A DNA stretch of 63,072 nucleotides, filler included, from Octopus bimaculoides (lineage: Eukaryota), in the NCBI RefSeq assembly GCF_001194135.2. It is 4 parts of 4 records of this genome, joined end to end, with 100 filler letters (N's around TTAATTAATTAA, not from the genome) between each part and the next. Parts side by side here need not be neighbours in the genome. Positions count along the whole stretch, not along the records: positions 57,201 to 63,072 come from NC_068986.1; 3 more parts are not named here. One strand, given 5' to 3'. Positions 60,481 through 63,072 of the stretch are shown in pieces. The notes under the pieces were generated by a model, which saw only the letters and a list, made by a program, of their open reading frames with translations, was not told the origin of the DNA and did not search any database. The position numbers and the translations under genes are program-made. Every line of letters begins with the position of its first letter. The stretch's first letter is position 1.

Positions 60481-63018
60481 ACTTACTAAAAGTAATATCA
60501 TATTAAGCTTCATTTTCAACTTGTTTCACTAGATTAAACTTATTTCCGTTTCAATGTTGTAAATCAGTTTTATGTCCAAAAACTCCCAACTTTGCTAGAA
60601 GTAACTTTATTTAGTGGTAACAGTTTCAAATAAATGCAAAATCTATTCTAACTTGACAAGAGTGTTTGTCATATTTTTATTTTTTATAGATTGCATTCCT
60701 GTTGACGTATGATTCGAGAGAACAAGGTCACATATCTTACACTTGCAGTTCCATATCTTCCTACGCAGTTATTCAATGAAACTTTATCCAGATGTATGAA
60801 AAAAAAACTGCTGATTTTGGAAAATGCTAAAAAGACAGGTTGCAAAGCGTAAACAAAATGCGAAAAAAAAAAAGGTTTTAGTTTCATATTACAATTTACT
60901 TGGTCGTCGTATCTCTATAATAAAGAAACAATAATTCAGAAATAGTGTAGTCATCAAAGTAATTTTCCTGATATGTTAAATGCATGATCTTTTGTTTTCC
61001 GCTCAGCCTTGAGTATAAATAGAGCCGTGATTGCGAATATTTATTTTTTAATATTTTCTTTATTCTTTTCATTAATATAGTCTTCCATTCAACACTTTTA
61101 GTTTTATTTTATAATGAAACTAGAAGAATTTTGTTTAAAGTCACATCTAACATATTACGAATGTTCCTCGATGATTACATGGTCTAAAGGAATGGAAAAC
61201 GCAAGGTGGAGGTTTGATACAAATGGTTATTATCCGTTTGCAACTGATATCGAAGCAGAAAATGTCAAGGTTATACAAAGCAACCTGATAAAAAAGCTAA
61301 CTCGTATGATAATAGTTGTTTCTAATTCAAGTTCAAGTAATTTGGAGCATACATCATAAGTCGATACTAACCACGTATACTTGACTGGCACTTCCTGTTA
61401 GCAACTCACAAATGACCAAACTAGACGTCAGAGTGATTTGAACTCAGAAAAAAGAGAGTTGGATGAAACATGACAAGGTATTTCTCTGATGCTCATAGGA
61501 TTCTGCCTTTGCACACAGACCGAAACTACTACTAATGCTAATTGTAACTGCAGTAGCAAGGGATATATATTTTTGCCCGGACCGTGGATGGTAGGCGAAA
61601 AGATAAGGGTGTAATTTATAAAACAGTCTAATTTATTGTGTGATATGGAATTATCGCATCAGCAACAGCAACAACAGCTACCACTACAGCGATGGTAGTA
61701 CTACATTCAATGACAGTTAATCAAGCATTGTGTAGTTAATACAATAATAATGATAGTGTGTGAAGTGAATGTTTGAAATAGAAAATATCGGAGTTAATTA
61801 TCTTTTATTTGCAATCATAATAATATCTTTCCGTGGGATTTTCAATCACAATAATGACAGCTATCAGTTCCATACTTAACTGATTGTGATGACGTCTCCT
61901 TCAAATCTGTACTCAACATCCAAAGATATATTAATTCACACGCGTATACAAACGCAGAAACACGTTCGTTTTGAATATACATGCACACACAGAGACCATG
62001 TACTCTGGGGGTATTTTCTTTCTTTCGCCTTCTGTCTCATTGAGAATCTGAATTTTATTTGCAGAACTAATATTAACTGCATGAAATATATGTTGTATTT
62101 TAGTGCAAAATGAAACGTAGAGCGCGCGCAAACATACATGCGCGCGCGTATGTGTGTGTGTGTAAACAGCAAGTTAGAGAATCTTACATCGGTGTATGTG
62201 GCAAGCAATCAGCGTGTGGGGAGAGAGAGACAGACAGAGAGAGGAAAGCGAGGGATCAGAGAGAGTTGTCATTTGATAGATGCCTTGGAATGACTGCTTA
62301 GTCTCTATAGAATCTCTTGACTTGCTAGCAAGAACAACGAAAATTCCATCTAAACATTCACTCAACGATCAAATGAAAACGAAATTATATTCGAAAATAT
62401 AACGGAATTCTCCTTGATGAAATGCAAGTAGAAGAGGTAACAATTACATATCACAATTTGCAGTTTCATATACTGAAAACGTGATGTCCACTGAGAGGCA
62501 TTTCATCTGCATTTCATGAATCCTCTCTTGATTTCGACTATGAGCATTAATTGAATAATTCAGTACATACAGCAGTCTACTTGACGCGCGCAATGGGAAA
62601 GCGTCCAAAAGCAATCACGCTGCCCTCACAAGATGAAAACGCTCTGACAAATATGCCGTTGCTTCACTTTCCACTACGCAGAGAGATGAAAGCTTGGCAC
62701 CGAAACACACTAATTGAAGAAGGTTGATTACTGGGCTATGCCTGTGCTAAAGAAAGTCTACTATGAAAAGAGTATATCTACATATTTTCAACTTTTATTT
62801 GTCTAAGTCTCTGGACTATGGCCAAGCTGGGGCTATGCATTGAAGAGTTTAGTGTAAACAATCTATCCCAGCACATATTCATAAATATTGGATTTATTTA
62901 ATCGGTCTCGTTTCCCGAACTACTAAGTTCAGGTTGCGCAAAAAGACCATTACTCGTTGTTAAGCGATACTGCAAGGATGACAAGAAAGGTGTGCGAGCG
63001 CGAGCATGCACACACTGC

Positions 63019-63072
<54 letters not shown>

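Noticed and set aside
251-62365. Most ORF-track entries (MYVC.., HTHT.., YIYI.., poly-X)
   Set aside because: Translations of microsatellites, N gaps or SINEs; no coding signal.

Overview
AT-rich, microsatellite-dense eukaryotic scaffold sequence, not prokaryotic: no CRISPR array, operons or intact long ORFs. The repeat families look like those of Octopus assemblies (recognised from memory, not verified). Three artificial 100-bp spacers (N44-TTAATTAATTAA-N44) split the window into four independently assembled segments. Most of the sequence is intergenic or intronic and made of transposons: several tRNA-like SINE families, a full-length decayed Hsmar1-like mariner, mariner/Tc1 MITEs, long foldback elements, Penelope-like (PLE) RT and GIY-YIG fragments, an APE-LINE fragment, and three R4/Dong-clade RLE retrotransposon copies. 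It also holds a GC-rich 20-bp minisatellite with an inversion and a higher-order repeat, and an orphan 18S-ITS1 rDNA fragment. A few minus-strand exon candidates suggest a large-intron host gene. Highlights: (1) a core-intact type I hammerhead ribozyme inside a 339-bp element with perfect 21-bp terminal inverted repeats, plus a second family with a variant hammerhead-like core; (2) all three R4/Dong copies sit in (TACA)n on both sides in the same relative orientation, suggesting a tetranucleotide-microsatellite-specific retrotransposon.
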